Origin: a virus
Lineage: Duplodnaviria > Caudoviricetes
Length of the DNA stretch: 64,000 nt
Direction: 5' to 3' (one strand)
IMG/VR virus record: IMGVR_UViG_3300025707_000484
Shown here piece after piece: positions 28,847-38,933 of this stretch. Within the stretch, counting starts at the first letter, position 1, and every line of letters starts with the position of its first letter. The notes beneath the pieces are model-generated. The model saw nothing but the letters and a program-made list of their open reading frames with translations. It searched no databases and was not told the DNA's origin. Position numbers and translations under genes: made by a program.

Positions 28847-29208
28847 CAGCTTATTTCCCAGTAAAAAGTATCATTAGTTGTTGTGTTTTTCTTTCTAACA
28901 ATTGTATATTTTTTACTGGTAAAATGGGTCATTACTTCGCTCATTTGCTCTGTTTGTAATGTACTAATAGTGGTGCCTTTCCAAACTTTATAATAGGACT
29001 CACCAGTAGCATCATTGTTTGTCATTGGACTACCAGTAACTGTTGTGCCATTAATTGACACGGTAGTTATATCTGTTGAGGTTATTGTTAATGCGTTAGC
29101 TGCAATTGCCACTAATACACGCATTTCTAATATTGAGATTTCTTGAGCAATTAAACTATTGTTTTGTCCACGTTCTCTTGCTAATGTTGCTGTAGGGAAA
29201 TATGCCAT
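28843..29208 (-). CDS. Hypothetical virion protein
   Basis: 121-aa ORF in a tightly packed operon. Confidence 0.7.
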   Translation of the reverse strand: MAYFPTATLARERGQNNSLIAQEISILEMRVLVAIAANALTITSTDITTVSINGTTVTGSPMTNNDATGESYYKVWKGTTISTLQTEQMSEVMTHFTSKKYTIVRKKNTTTNDTFYWEISW

Positions 29209-29580
29209 TTAAATTCTCTTCTTCATTGCTCGTTTAGCCATGTCATCTACTGTATTTAGACTTGGCTCTTCTATATTTTCTGGATCACCCATATTAACAT
29301 CTATCTCTTCACCAGTGTTGAGAGTAACAAACTCATCATCAAAACTTTGTACCAAATGTTTCCAATCTGGTTCCATATCATACATCTGCTTGAAACCATC
29401 ATAATCAAGTGGTGGGACATCTTCGGGCATCATTTGGATTATTGTTTGCCAGCTTATTCTATTATCACCTGCACTAGTAGAGTCATTGTATTGATGAACT
29501 AGATGATCTAACACTTGTTTAAGTGACGTACTTAATGTATCATCTATCTCTTCTTTAAACAATAACTCTGAAACACGCAT
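29209..29580 (-). CDS. Hypothetical protein
   Basis: 123-aa ORF ending VDDMAKRAMKKRI. Confidence 0.7.
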   Translation of the reverse strand: MRVSELLFKEEIDDTLSTSLKQVLDHLVHQYNDSTSAGDNRISWQTIIQMMPEDVPPLDYDGFKQMYDMEPDWKHLVQSFDDEFVTLNTGEEIDVNMGDPENIEEPSLNTVDDMAKRAMKKRI

Positions 29581-29581
29581 A

Positions 29582-30697
29582 TTATCGTTCCGCTCTGCCT
29601 ACTTCTTCCTCACCAACAGCTACATCAGCAGTTGCAAATTCTTCTGCTGGTAGGGGTGCTGTTTCCACCGTTCCAGCTTCAACAGGTATTTCCTCTGCGC
29701 CCATTGCCTGTGGTGCTTGTTCTTCACCAGTAAGTATTCTACTTGCTTGTGAAAGTGTTTCACGTGCTGTACCATTAGCGATAACTAATTGATCTAATGT
29801 TGGAATAGCAATATTAGCATATGCACTACTAATTTCTGCACCAACTTCATCACGCATTGCATCTAGCAATGGTGGGAGATCTTCGTTGCGTAGTTTACTT
29901 AAATCATCAACTGCTTTTTGCACTCTATCTACAACATCCTTTGATGCTAATAATAGTTCTGCTTGGTCTTCTTGACTTTCATATAAGCCACGTAATTTAT
30001 CTGAAACTTGTTCTACGCTTTCCTCTATACCCAATCCTCGTTTTGCTCGTTTATCTAAATTTTTTAACATTTGAACATTTGCCATTCCACTTCGCATAAT
30101 GTCATCTAATACATCAATTAAAGGAACAAATGATTTCATAAACACAGCTGGAACTGATCTACCATTTTTTGCCATTTCCATAGCACGTCTAGCCTTTGCC
30201 ATATCAGTAGCACCAACTAACATACGTAATGCTACCATGCCTTTGGGATCAAAACTATAAGAATCTGATTTTTTTGTTACTTGATGTTTCTCAGTAACAT
30301 GTTCCTTGTTTTCTTTTCCGCCTGCTTGTGGTATTCCTTTTTTCTTTTTCTTGCCTGCGCCAAATCCGGCACTACTAGTACCACCTTGGCCTGGAATTGT
30401 TTGTGCATCTGCGGCGGCAGTATTTGCTTTAGTAAATTCATTAAGTTGAAGCTCAGCAATATGTTTTTCTAAGTTTTCTTTAATAAAAACTTTAGCCAAA
30501 TAAGATTTTGTTGTGTGTAGTTTGTGTCTATCTTCTGATAAACGTTGCTTCTGTATTTGTTCATTAACAGAAATTAATAGTTTTGCTGACTTGTCTAAGT
30601 CAAGTTTACTAATATCTACTGTTACACCAAACGTATTTTGCATACTATTTGCAAATTGTAGTGCTGTTTGCGTTGGTTTAATATCAGTTAAATTCAT
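29582..30697 (-). CDS. Hypothetical helical protein (putative head/scaffold)
   Basis: 371-aa ORF with an acidic C-terminus. Confidence 0.7.
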   Translation of the reverse strand: MNLTDIKPTQTALQFANSMQNTFGVTVDISKLDLDKSAKLLISVNEQIQKQRLSEDRHKLHTTKSYLAKVFIKENLEKHIAELQLNEFTKANTAAADAQTIPGQGGTSSAGFGAGKKKKKGIPQAGGKENKEHVTEKHQVTKKSDSYSFDPKGMVALRMLVGATDMAKARRAMEMAKNGRSVPAVFMKSFVPLIDVLDDIMRSGMANVQMLKNLDKRAKRGLGIEESVEQVSDKLRGLYESQEDQAELLLASKDVVDRVQKAVDDLSKLRNEDLPPLLDAMRDEVGAEISSAYANIAIPTLDQLVIANGTARETLSQASRILTGEEQAPQAMGAEEIPVEAGTVETAPLPAEEFATADVAVGEEEVGRAER

Positions 30698-30738
30698 AGT
30701 TGTGTATCCAATATTGTAAAATAAGTTATATGTATTTA

Positions 30739-31221
30739 TTAAAAAACATGATTATAATACATCGTATTTAATGTGTGCTGTGCGGATTCTGCTTGCCATA
30801 TCCAATTTTTCAATCTATCTTCAAATATATGCACCTTAAACCAATCATTTTCATTAGCATAATATCTCATTCGACCCTTGGCGATGTGTAATTTAGCAAT
30901 TGCACTAGAATACTTTCCATCTAATTCTAATACTTCTTTATAATGCATCATATTTTCTTGATTGTAAAAAATGGCCAGCATTATTGCTGACTTTTTAATG
31001 GCAATATCTTTTTCAATAATAGAAAATCCTCTATGAAATCCTTTCTTTAATATATAACCATACTTGTTTTTCTGTATCCGTATATCTCCTATCTTAATAC
31101 CTTTTCCAATTTTTTTAACTTTAAGATAATGAAGACGGTTGTCTTTTTTTAGTTGATTAATTAAAGAATCGTATACATCAACGAACTTTCTATCAATCTT
31201 TTTCTTTGATTGTTGTTGCAT
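30739..31221 (-). CDS. Hypothetical protein
   Basis: 160-aa ORF. Confidence 0.65.
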   Translation of the reverse strand: MQQQSKKKIDRKFVDVYDSLINQLKKDNRLHYLKVKKIGKGIKIGDIRIQKNKYGYILKKGFHRGFSIIEKDIAIKKSAIMLAIFYNQENMMHYKEVLELDGKYSSAIAKLHIAKGRMRYYANENDWFKVHIFEDRLKNWIWQAESAQHTLNTMYYNHVF

Positions 31222-31263
31222 AATATTATTTAATTATAATTTAATTATTAAATTAATTACTGA

Positions 31264-32067
31264 TTAAGCGTCAAACTCATCGCCACCATACTTGAGGCGG
31301 TAAGCCATTGGGTCTTTTTCAAACTCAATTTGCCCTGCTGATTTTTTGTTTGGATCTGTTTTGGGTTTTACTAATTGTGCTGTTTGATTTTTTTGTTGTT
31401 TGTATAATTTTAATTTATTAGTAATATCTTGTTGATACTTTAATCCAGCATCTCCTTTAGGAGTTGGACCAGTATTATACATTCGTGATGCTTCATCATC
31501 TGTTTTTGCACCATATTTTTCTTTTTGTAATTTCCAATATAATCCAGCAGTTCTTATATTATCTTCAGGATCATCTAAATTTACTGAGCGACCAAGATAA
31601 TTTTCTACATCTTTTCTTGCTCCTGCTCTAATTTGACCTATACCAAATGCAGTACCTTTATCACCGGTGAGTGTTTTTCCAGTTTTATCACTTGTTTGAT
31701 TAAAACTTGATTCTTGATGTAAATGAGCAGCTAATCTTTCATATGGAATACCAAGTTCTTTTGCAATTTTAGCAATACGATCTTTATATAATTTATATGA
31801 GTTTGGAATTTCTAAAGATTCTTTTAAAGGCAACCTAACTTGTATTTCGTTTTCATTTATTTGAGTATTACGAATAAAAGCAATCTTGCCTTCTTTTTTA
31901 ACACGTTTAAATACAGACTTATTAACCAATCCATTAGCAGTATGAACTTCTCGTTCTGTCAAATCTTTTTTGTATACTGGTTCACTGGAATAAGAAAGTA
32001 AAAACTCACTTTCTACTAAATTAATATATACTAAAGCGGCCAGGCCTGCTATATGTGCAAATCTCAT
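31264..32067 (-). CDS. Lytic transglycosylase (SLT) domain protein
   Basis: HQESSF, AFGIGQI, DPEDNIRTAGLY and MYNTGP motifs. Confidence 0.85.
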   Translation of the reverse strand: MRFAHIAGLAALVYINLVESEFLLSYSSEPVYKKDLTEREVHTANGLVNKSVFKRVKKEGKIAFIRNTQINENEIQVRLPLKESLEIPNSYKLYKDRIAKIAKELGIPYERLAAHLHQESSFNQTSDKTGKTLTGDKGTAFGIGQIRAGARKDVENYLGRSVNLDDPEDNIRTAGLYWKLQKEKYGAKTDDEASRMYNTGPTPKGDAGLKYQQDITNKLKLYKQQKNQTAQLVKPKTDPNKKSAGQIEFEKDPMAYRLKYGGDEFDA

Positions 32068-32069
32068 AG

Positions 32070-32552
32070 TTATAGCACTGTTACAACAGCACCTCGTCCT
32101 AATCTATTAATTGTTTGATATTTTTCTGCTCTTGATCGTTCATCTTCAAAACTAATCATTCCATCACTATTATCAACATCAATATAATAGTTCATACCAT
32201 GTATTCTAGTTTCTGTAGCATCAGGATCCGCTGGATCTGTTGCTACTATCATATTACCATGTATAGAAACAACTTGCCATTCTCTATAACCACCACCAGG
32301 CTGTGCTACTCTAAACGTAGAACCCAGGCCCATTTGTTTAGTAATAAATTGGGTTTGTTCTGCTTCTGTAAATTTAGGTTTAATAACTAGGCCTTGTGAA
32401 CTGTCTTTATCAATTCTTTTATCATTTAAATCAACAACAGTTTCAGTATTATCACCTTCATTACCTACCAAAGGTAATTCACTGCCTCGCACAGGGCCGG
32501 CAATTGAATATTGTCCTTCAGTAATTGCTAAAAATAATTCTACTAGTTTCAT
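32070..32552 (-). CDS. Hypothetical protein
   Basis: 160-aa ORF starting MKLVELFLAITE. Confidence 0.65.
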   Translation of the reverse strand: MKLVELFLAITEGQYSIAGPVRGSELPLVGNEGDNTETVVDLNDKRIDKDSSQGLVIKPKFTEAEQTQFITKQMGLGSTFRVAQPGGGYREWQVVSIHGNMIVATDPADPDATETRIHGMNYYIDVDNSDGMISFEDERSRAEKYQTINRLGRGAVVTVL

Positions 32553-32821
32553 TTTGACGCCGCGTTTAACTTTGTTTTCATTATACTCGCTGGATTTGTA
32601 CGCATAGTTCTCTTTGACTTTCGTCTCATTTTAGAACCAATTTTTGCTTTAAGCATTTTCAATCTAAAACGTTTTTTAATATCTGGGGCCGCGAAACATT
32701 GTGATGGTTTTGATACTATACGACTTTTGCGGCGACCTGACGTACAGCGATACTTACGAACGAGTTTATTGCCAACCCGCCCCCATGCCATTTTTGCTTC
32801 AAAGAGTTCTTCTAAATACAT
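32549..32821 (-). CDS. Small basic hypothetical protein
   Basis: KYRCTSGRRKSRIV..PSQC; very Arg/Lys-rich. Confidence 0.7.
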   Translation of the reverse strand: MYLEELFEAKMAWGRVGNKLVRKYRCTSGRRKSRIVSKPSQCFAAPDIKKRFRLKMLKAKIGSKMRRKSKRTMRTNPASIMKTKLNAASK

Positions 32822-32835
32822 TGTATATGTATTTA

Positions 32836-34017
32836 TTAAAGTTTTACACCTTCCTTAAGAAGAACATTTCTAGAAATATATGCTAAAAATTGATGATAAA
32901 GTTCTGTTGGATGGCTTAAATCTCTAGCATATGGATATTTAATATTTTCTTCTATACATTCTCTAGTTTGATTCTTAAAAAATTCTGATGCGTAATCCTT
33001 TACATCAATATAATTAATAACATTATCCAACTTATCAAATAACACTGTAGGTATATCTAAATCGTGCGATAATTCACGTTGTTTTGTACTTCCTAAATAT
33101 TTCATAGGTAATTTATTAATTGATGCATTAATTAATGTTTCAAATTCTAATCGAATTCTTTTTTCATGTTCTATCATATCATCTTGGCCAAAGCCTGCTA
33201 TCTTTTTATATGTAGAAAAACTATCATAAACTACAGAAAATGGATGAAATGATTTAAAAAGAATATTGTTATTTTCACAAATCTCGTTCATAATAGCATA
33301 ATTTTTAGTTAAATTATTATAATTTTCACAATTACTAGTTATTTGTTGATAATATGGCATATATTGTTCTCTACTAGGTAATACAGATTGATGGTTGTGT
33401 TGTAATTCACTAAGTATTACATCATCGTTTTTAAACACGTTAGATGATTCCATTTCTGTTAGGAAATATCTATTAACAAGTCTTCTTCCTGGATTTGTAG
33501 GGGACCACAAAACTATATCAGGTTTAATAATATCAATTAATTGATAAAGAGAAATAGCATTTAAATCTGCTGATGCACCAGGTATTGATATATTATACAC
33601 TTTTGCTTTATTAGATATATTGTTACACCAAACATCTTTATCATCAACACCAGTACCAAATGCTATACTACATCCTAATGTTAATATTTTCAAATCAGAA
33701 TCAGTATCAAATGGTTCAGACCTGTAACCATGAGCATTAAATGTGTAATTAATATCTTTATTATGATATTTAGGATTTAATTCTTTATGCTGTTTGTTTT
33801 TGTTATAATGTTCTTCTGAATCAGTGTCATGCCACTTATAGCTATGACTTTTTATACCATCATAAAAATTTTTATATAATTCATTCGCACTATCAGACAA
33901 AGACTCGTTACGGTTACGCTTATCCCAATTAACATACGTACTAAGAATTGGAGGTATGAACGGATTCCAAAAGTTTTTAGTCCATTGAGAAACATTATAT
34001 AATTCATCGAATTTCAT
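32836..34017 (-). CDS. SGNH-hydrolase-like hypothetical protein
   Basis: NAHGYRS, LGCSIAFGTG and C-terminal ARDLSHP. Confidence 0.6.
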   Translation of the reverse strand: MKFDELYNVSQWTKNFWNPFIPPILSTYVNWDKRNRNESLSDSANELYKNFYDGIKSHSYKWHDTDSEEHYNKNKQHKELNPKYHNKDINYTFNAHGYRSEPFDTDSDLKILTLGCSIAFGTGVDDKDVWCNNISNKAKVYNISIPGASADLNAISLYQLIDIIKPDIVLWSPTNPGRRLVNRYFLTEMESSNVFKNDDVILSELQHNHQSVLPSREQYMPYYQQITSNCENYNNLTKNYAIMNEICENNNILFKSFHPFSVVYDSFSTYKKIAGFGQDDMIEHEKRIRLEFETLINASINKLPMKYLGSTKQRELSHDLDIPTVLFDKLDNVINYIDVKDYASEFFKNQTRECIEENIKYPYARDLSHPTELYHQFLAYISRNVLLKEGVKL

Positions 34018-34029
34018 CAATGATATTTA

Positions 34030-34278
34030 TTATGCTACTGTTAATAGATAGACAACTGCGGAAAATAGAGCAGTAATAATGGAACCACTTAAAATATACA
34101 TAGATTTGTACTTATTTTTTTCGTTAACTAATAGACTATGTCTAATTTCATCGAGTTGTTGCTCAATGACCGTTAATCGACTTTCAATTCGTTCCATATT
34201 CTCCTCCAAGTAACCGTAGCGTTCACTGCAGATTTCTACGTGTGCCTCGAGGCTCTGTTTTTCAATATCTGATGGCAT
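34030..34278 (-). CDS. Coiled-coil protein with C-terminal TM helix (XhlA/holin-like)
   Basis: EAHVEICSERY..LEENMERIESRL followed by a single C-terminal TM helix. Confidence 0.6.
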   Translation of the reverse strand: MPSDIEKQSLEAHVEICSERYGYLEENMERIESRLTVIEQQLDEIRHSLLVNEKNKYKSMYILSGSIITALFSAVVYLLTVA

Positions 34279-34407
34279 AATAATCCTTTAATGTCATACA
34301 AAAAATGCCTTCCGCCCGCCCTATATTATGTGCCTTTACAAATGCCAATCATTTCGCCTAAAATGAGCCTAAGTCTCTGCCTAGTATAATTATTTATGAA
34401 GGGTGGG

Positions 34408-34965
34408 TTACAGATTAAAAGGTATTTTTTCGTTTAGAACAAAATATATATTTTTATTACGAGGATTTATTGCTTCCCAGATTGGGGTTTTTAATTTGAT
34501 TGTTTCTGTTAAATTAACAATTACAGGAACATTTGTAAAATCATTTGTCAGGCCTGATAATGGTTGATCTTCTTGTCCCCGTTCAATATAAAGTCCAATT
34601 TGCTCCACAGTAAAAGAAGTAGACCAAAATATATGTTTTCCTTTATAAGAGGAACCAAAATCTAATTGCTTAATATTATCTACTGTATATTTGCGTGGAA
34701 GTTCAATATACATAGGATTACCACGTAAACTAATAGTTTGTATCAATGTCTCACAATTGCTTTGTTGATTTCTACTTTTATTCCAAGATTGTTCACTATT
34801 AACTATTTGATTTGCATCATCTACAAACGCAGGAACATCTGTTCTGTAAGGTGATACAACACCAGATTGTGTAATATCTATTAATGTGTATATGGTAATA
34901 AACTCGCCAACGCCACTTCCAAACTTGCCTTCGCCAGCAATACCATGTGCTCTTTCTTTTGCCAT
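34408..34965 (-). CDS. Hypothetical protein
   Basis: 185-aa ORF. Confidence 0.7.
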   Translation of the reverse strand: MAKERAHGIAGEGKFGSGVGEFITIYTLIDITQSGVVSPYRTDVPAFVDDANQIVNSEQSWNKSRNQQSNCETLIQTISLRGNPMYIELPRKYTVDNIKQLDFGSSYKGKHIFWSTSFTVEQIGLYIERGQEDQPLSGLTNDFTNVPVIVNLTETIKLKTPIWEAINPRNKNIYFVLNEKIPFNL

Positions 34966-35005
34966 AACTTACCTATAATATGCTATTATAATATTTAGTG
35001 CAGGC

Positions 35006-35038
35006 AAAAAAAAGCGGAGGATAAGTCCTCCGCTCTTT
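35006..35038 (-). terminator. Intrinsic terminator
   Basis: AGCGGAGGA-n4-TCCTCCGCT followed by a T8 run on the minus strand. Confidence 0.85.
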
Positions 35039-35090
35039 AAAATTACTAGTCTCTAGAAATTTCTAAAAACTGGGTGATTTTACGCTAATC

Positions 35091-35417
35091 TTATACAAAT
35101 GTTAGTGCTGAAATTATAACAACTGTTAAGGCCTGTGCGGCTACTGCATCTAAAGCTGCCTCTAGTGCTGTAAAATTTGTGCCTGTACCAGCTGCTACGT
35201 GTGCATCACAACCTGAAACGCCTACTATGACGCCTGCGGCTGTTGCTGTGCCTACAACTTCAATTGTTGCATATGATGAAATTGCTCGCAAAACTGCTGC
35301 CATATCTGCGTTTGCTGTGAAGTCACCACCTGTTGATTTCAACCATGTAATATCACGACCAATAAGTTCTACTGGATCATGAACATTGGATAACGCATTA
35401 TTTGTTAAACTTGCCAT
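35091..35417 (-). CDS. Small Ala/Thr-rich putative virion protein
   Basis: Strong SD, own late promoter and terminator. Confidence 0.7.
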   Translation of the reverse strand: MASLTNNALSNVHDPVELIGRDITWLKSTGGDFTANADMAAVLRAISSYATIEVVGTATAAGVIVGVSGCDAHVAAGTGTNFTALEAALDAVAAQALTVVIISALTFV

Positions 35418-35506
35418 TTTTAAATCTCCTATATCTTGTAGTGTGTAAACTAATTTACACCGTTAATATTATTTATCTCAAAAATAGAAAATTATTGGCT
35501 GTTATT

Positions 35507-36253
35507 TTACTTCTTCTTAGCACCAAAAGTATAATCAAAATCAGTATCTTGATAGCCAGTTATCCCTTTTGCTAGTTTCTTACCCAACCAATAACCAGCA
35601 ACACCGGAGGCGGCCGCCGCCGCGGCTTTTGCACCAAAGGATGTTTTTCCTGCTATTTCAGAATTATGTACATCTTTAAGCTCATAACCACCCTTACGAA
35701 CAAATGTTTCATATGGACTACGTAAATCACTACGAGCAGACTTTGATCTTATTGCTTGTAATAAACGAGTTGTACTTAATTTACGTTCACTACCAAGCAG
35801 TCTATTCCAATCACTCAATAATCTTCGTGTTGCACTATATTGAGCATTATGAATACCTAAATTTCGCTCTAAACTCATTAAAAATTGTTTATCAAAATTT
35901 GGATTTACTTTACCACTTGCCACTTGCCGCAAATATTGTTTAAATTGTAATATTGGTATATTTGCTCTTCCAGCAGGACCTATTTTATCAACATATCTAT
36001 CTGCTTGATTAAAAACAGCGACCCAATTATGTAAATCTGTAGCAGTAGTACGAATATTATCAAAACCAGGATTCATCATTGTTTTTTTAGCATATTCTTG
36101 TGCAAATTTCATTGAATTAGGATCATGCCGCATTGCCTGAAGTGATAAAACATTCATATAAATGTTTTCTGCCACTTGCTCAGCACTCATATTTTTCAAT
36201 CCACGTTGATTACGTAATGCTTTTGATTCGTATAAATCTTTAATAAATCCCAT
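35507..36253 (-). CDS. Hypothetical protein
   Basis: 248-aa ORF. Confidence 0.7.
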   Translation of the reverse strand: MGFIKDLYESKALRNQRGLKNMSAEQVAENIYMNVLSLQAMRHDPNSMKFAQEYAKKTMMNPGFDNIRTTATDLHNWVAVFNQADRYVDKIGPAGRANIPILQFKQYLRQVASGKVNPNFDKQFLMSLERNLGIHNAQYSATRRLLSDWNRLLGSERKLSTTRLLQAIRSKSARSDLRSPYETFVRKGGYELKDVHNSEIAGKTSFGAKAAAAAASGVAGYWLGKKLAKGITGYQDTDFDYTFGAKKK

Positions 36254-36261
36254 AATACTAT

Positions 36262-37527
36262 TTACCCTCCTGCCAGGAAGTTACGTCGTGAAAATTCCAA
36301 TCTATTAATTAATTTTACAGCGCCACCAACATGGTCTATTGCTACAAATCCTTCTGGACCGGCAACTTCATAACCATTATCTGTTTTATAAAATGCTTGT
36401 ATGCCTTCTATAGCATTAAGTTTTTTCATTAATATTGACTTAACTTGTATAATTTGTTTATAAACTGCCAATATTGCCAGCAACGTGTTACTATTATCTT
36501 CAATAAATGCCCTAGTTGCTTCTATTTTATTAATACGTGCTTCGGCGGCCGGACTCCATCCTGATGCTGTTTTATCAGAAGCACCACCATCTTTAAGTTT
36601 ATCTATTTCTGCTTGCTTTTTACTATCATAGTAATCAATGAATTCTTTCAAAAAAGCATTAGCATTTCCAACTTGTGGTCGGTCTGCTCTAATTTTACTA
36701 TTAACAAATGGTTCAATATGTTCTCTAAACTCTTCATTGTTCATTAGTGTATTAAATCTATTTGCATTTATTTTTTGCAAAATTCCTTGTAATTTATCAA
36801 GTCCATTTGCTACTTGTGCTGTTTCACGTCCAGTCATTGTAGCACGACCAGTTAAATCTCTATAATCAGCATCTTGTGACCATACATTTTTATTTCCTAC
36901 AGGGGCGGCCGCACCAAATGATGCTGTCAAATCTGACATCTCAGGACCACCACTATATAATGTGTGCCATACAACACCAATCTCAGCCGCAAGTAATTCT
37001 TTTGCTAAATCACTGCCCGCTGGAACAGCATATGCTATTTCATTTGGTTTAAAAACAACATATGACTCACCATCTATATCTTCAGTTGTCAAATCACCTT
37101 TAGTAAACATAATATCGCCTTGCAATATACCGTCAAAATTAAGTTTACGCAAATGTTTTAATGCTATATTTAATTTATGTGCTAAACCTGGTATTTTACC
37201 ATGATTTTTTCTAATATCTGCAGGAGTTTTATTTAATAATGGAGTAGCATTAAATACACTTTTTGTTCCTACAAAAAACTTACCATCTTTAGGATCATTA
37301 CCAGCAATTACAGCAGGCTTACCATCCCATTTTACAGATATTCTACCCGCTTCGCTTGTTCCTGCTAACATTTCTGCTGTTTGTGCAAGATGATTTATTG
37401 CTTTTTTTACACCTTGGTAACCTTGATAAAATACTAAATCCTCTATATGAGTCATATGAGTATTTTTGCCGCCAGTATCTTCAACGATCATCCATTTACA
37501 TTCACCTTGAACTTCAAATAGTTTCAC
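36262..37527 (-). CDS. DUF6267-like protein with ligase-type KxDG motif
   Basis: KNTHMTHIED, SVKWDGKPA, QGDIMF, PEGFV, VKLINRLEFS. Confidence 0.7.
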   Translation of the reverse strand: MKLFEVQGECKWMIVEDTGGKNTHMTHIEDLVFYQGYQGVKKAINHLAQTAEMLAGTSEAGRISVKWDGKPAVIAGNDPKDGKFFVGTKSVFNATPLLNKTPADIRKNHGKIPGLAHKLNIALKHLRKLNFDGILQGDIMFTKGDLTTEDIDGESYVVFKPNEIAYAVPAGSDLAKELLAAEIGVVWHTLYSGGPEMSDLTASFGAAAPVGNKNVWSQDADYRDLTGRATMTGRETAQVANGLDKLQGILQKINANRFNTLMNNEEFREHIEPFVNSKIRADRPQVGNANAFLKEFIDYYDSKKQAEIDKLKDGGASDKTASGWSPAAEARINKIEATRAFIEDNSNTLLAILAVYKQIIQVKSILMKKLNAIEGIQAFYKTDNGYEVAGPEGFVAIDHVGGAVKLINRLEFSRRNFLAGG

Positions 37528-37835
37528 TGATCGTCCTCGCCTCCAATCCGTGATGTTCGTCCTTGGCGAGTTGTTCTATCACTTGTACGCAACCCAGGTT
37601 TCTTAGACGTAACTTTTGGTTTTGCTAGATTTGCCAGATTCGACTCTGGCTGCTGGTAGAGCTGGTTGATATGATCATCACTACCAATACCAGTTATATT
37701 TTTAAAACCAGCCCACGCACCACTAGGTAATTTTTTTAAATAATTTAAAATATTATTTCCAACCTTACCTTCCCAATCATGTGATCCTGACGCGAGAAAT
37801 CCATGGTCTTCTTTTATAAAGTCTTTTGCTCTCAT
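37524..37835 (-). CDS. Hypothetical protein
   Basis: Begins MRAKDFIKE; ATGA coupling. Confidence 0.6.
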   Translation of the reverse strand: MRAKDFIKEDHGFLASGSHDWEGKVGNNILNYLKKLPSGAWAGFKNITGIGSDDHINQLYQQPESNLANLAKPKVTSKKPGLRTSDRTTRQGRTSRIGGEDDQ

Positions 37836-38086
37836 ATATCTACACCCTGCATAATATCTAAAAGTTCTGTAACAGCATTGCTGAAACGTGCTTTAGATTC
37901 AGGATCAAGCTTCGGGTCTTCCCAATCAACTTTTACCCATCTATCTACAATATGTTCTAATTCTTGTGACATTTCATCAACAATACCACTAGTCTTACCT
38001 GTAGGTATACGTGAAGATATTGAGTGAGGTCTATCTATGTGTATGTTAGATGTATCTGAGAAATCAGATATTTCATTCAATCTCAT
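37832..38086 (-). CDS. Hypothetical protein
   Basis: Likely start MRLNEIS at 38086. Confidence 0.6.
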   Translation of the reverse strand: MRLNEISDFSDTSNIHIDRPHSISSRIPTGKTSGIVDEMSQELEHIVDRWVKVDWEDPKLDPESKARFSNAVTELLDIMQGVDI

Positions 38087-38333
38087 TGTCACCAGCCTTA
38101 CGTATGCTACGGATAAACTTTTTATTATCCTGTCCACGTATGCTGTTAAGAAGACGGCGTTCTAGCTCAGAAGCAACTTCATGATCATAGTGTTCATGTA
38201 TAATATTAACTAAATTAATAGCACTATCAATGATATGAATAGCACGACTTTCTATGATCGCACTTTTATTGTGATCCTTATACAAGGAATTCAATTCTTC
38301 TAATATTGTTCTAGTCTTACGTTTCATTGTCAT
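38073..38333 (-). CDS. Hypothetical phage protein
   Basis: KRKTRTILEELN...IESRA...LERRLLNSIRGQD. Confidence 0.7.
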   Translation of the reverse strand: MTMKRKTRTILEELNSLYKDHNKSAIIESRAIHIIDSAINLVNIIHEHYDHEVASELERRLLNSIRGQDNKKFIRSIRKAGDNEIE

Positions 38334-38377
38334 ATGTGTCACATTATGTTTATTATATTTAGTTAAATTGTGACCCA

Positions 38378-38866
38378 TCAATTATCAAATTTAGACTGTT
38401 TACGTATTGCCCACCTACCAAAAGGGCGGACTGACCAAAAACAGGAAAATATTTTCCAATTCGGAATGGTAGGATCAGCATCATCCATGCCTCTCCTAAA
38501 CACATTATCAGCTTGGGCCCGCAATACTTTTACAGTTTGTGGATTCAATCCTTTTACTGCCACAGTTTTACGCAATGCACCATATAATACATCGTGTATT
38601 ACCGCCGCCCTTGCAATATCCCAAGGTGATATAATATTCCACATAATGCGATGTATAGATGCTAAATCTGTTTGATACCCAACTGGTGCTGTAATTAAAA
38701 TAGTGGTTGGTGTAGTTTTTACATCTACATTTAAATTTGTCCAACTAGAAACCCATTCGTCCATCCCAGCACTTCTACTTTTTTCTAATTCATAGGTAAG
38801 TGGTTGAGTAAGTACCCAATATTTTGGTCCATGAAATTCAGCTTCTAATAAACCATGCCATGCCAT
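38378..38866 (-). CDS. DUF1353-like protein
   Basis: PVGYQTDLASI...AAVIHDVLY...AD.VF. Confidence 0.75.
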   Translation of the reverse strand: MAWHGLLEAEFHGPKYWVLTQPLTYELEKSRSAGMDEWVSSWTNLNVDVKTTPTTILITAPVGYQTDLASIHRIMWNIISPWDIARAAVIHDVLYGALRKTVAVKGLNPQTVKVLRAQADNVFRRGMDDADPTIPNWKIFSCFWSVRPFGRWAIRKQSKFDN

Positions 38867-38933
38867 TTTTGATGCTCCTAAATAAATTCTCATGGCGGGA
38901 TGATTCTTCATCGACAAGTTCCGCCAATGGTAT

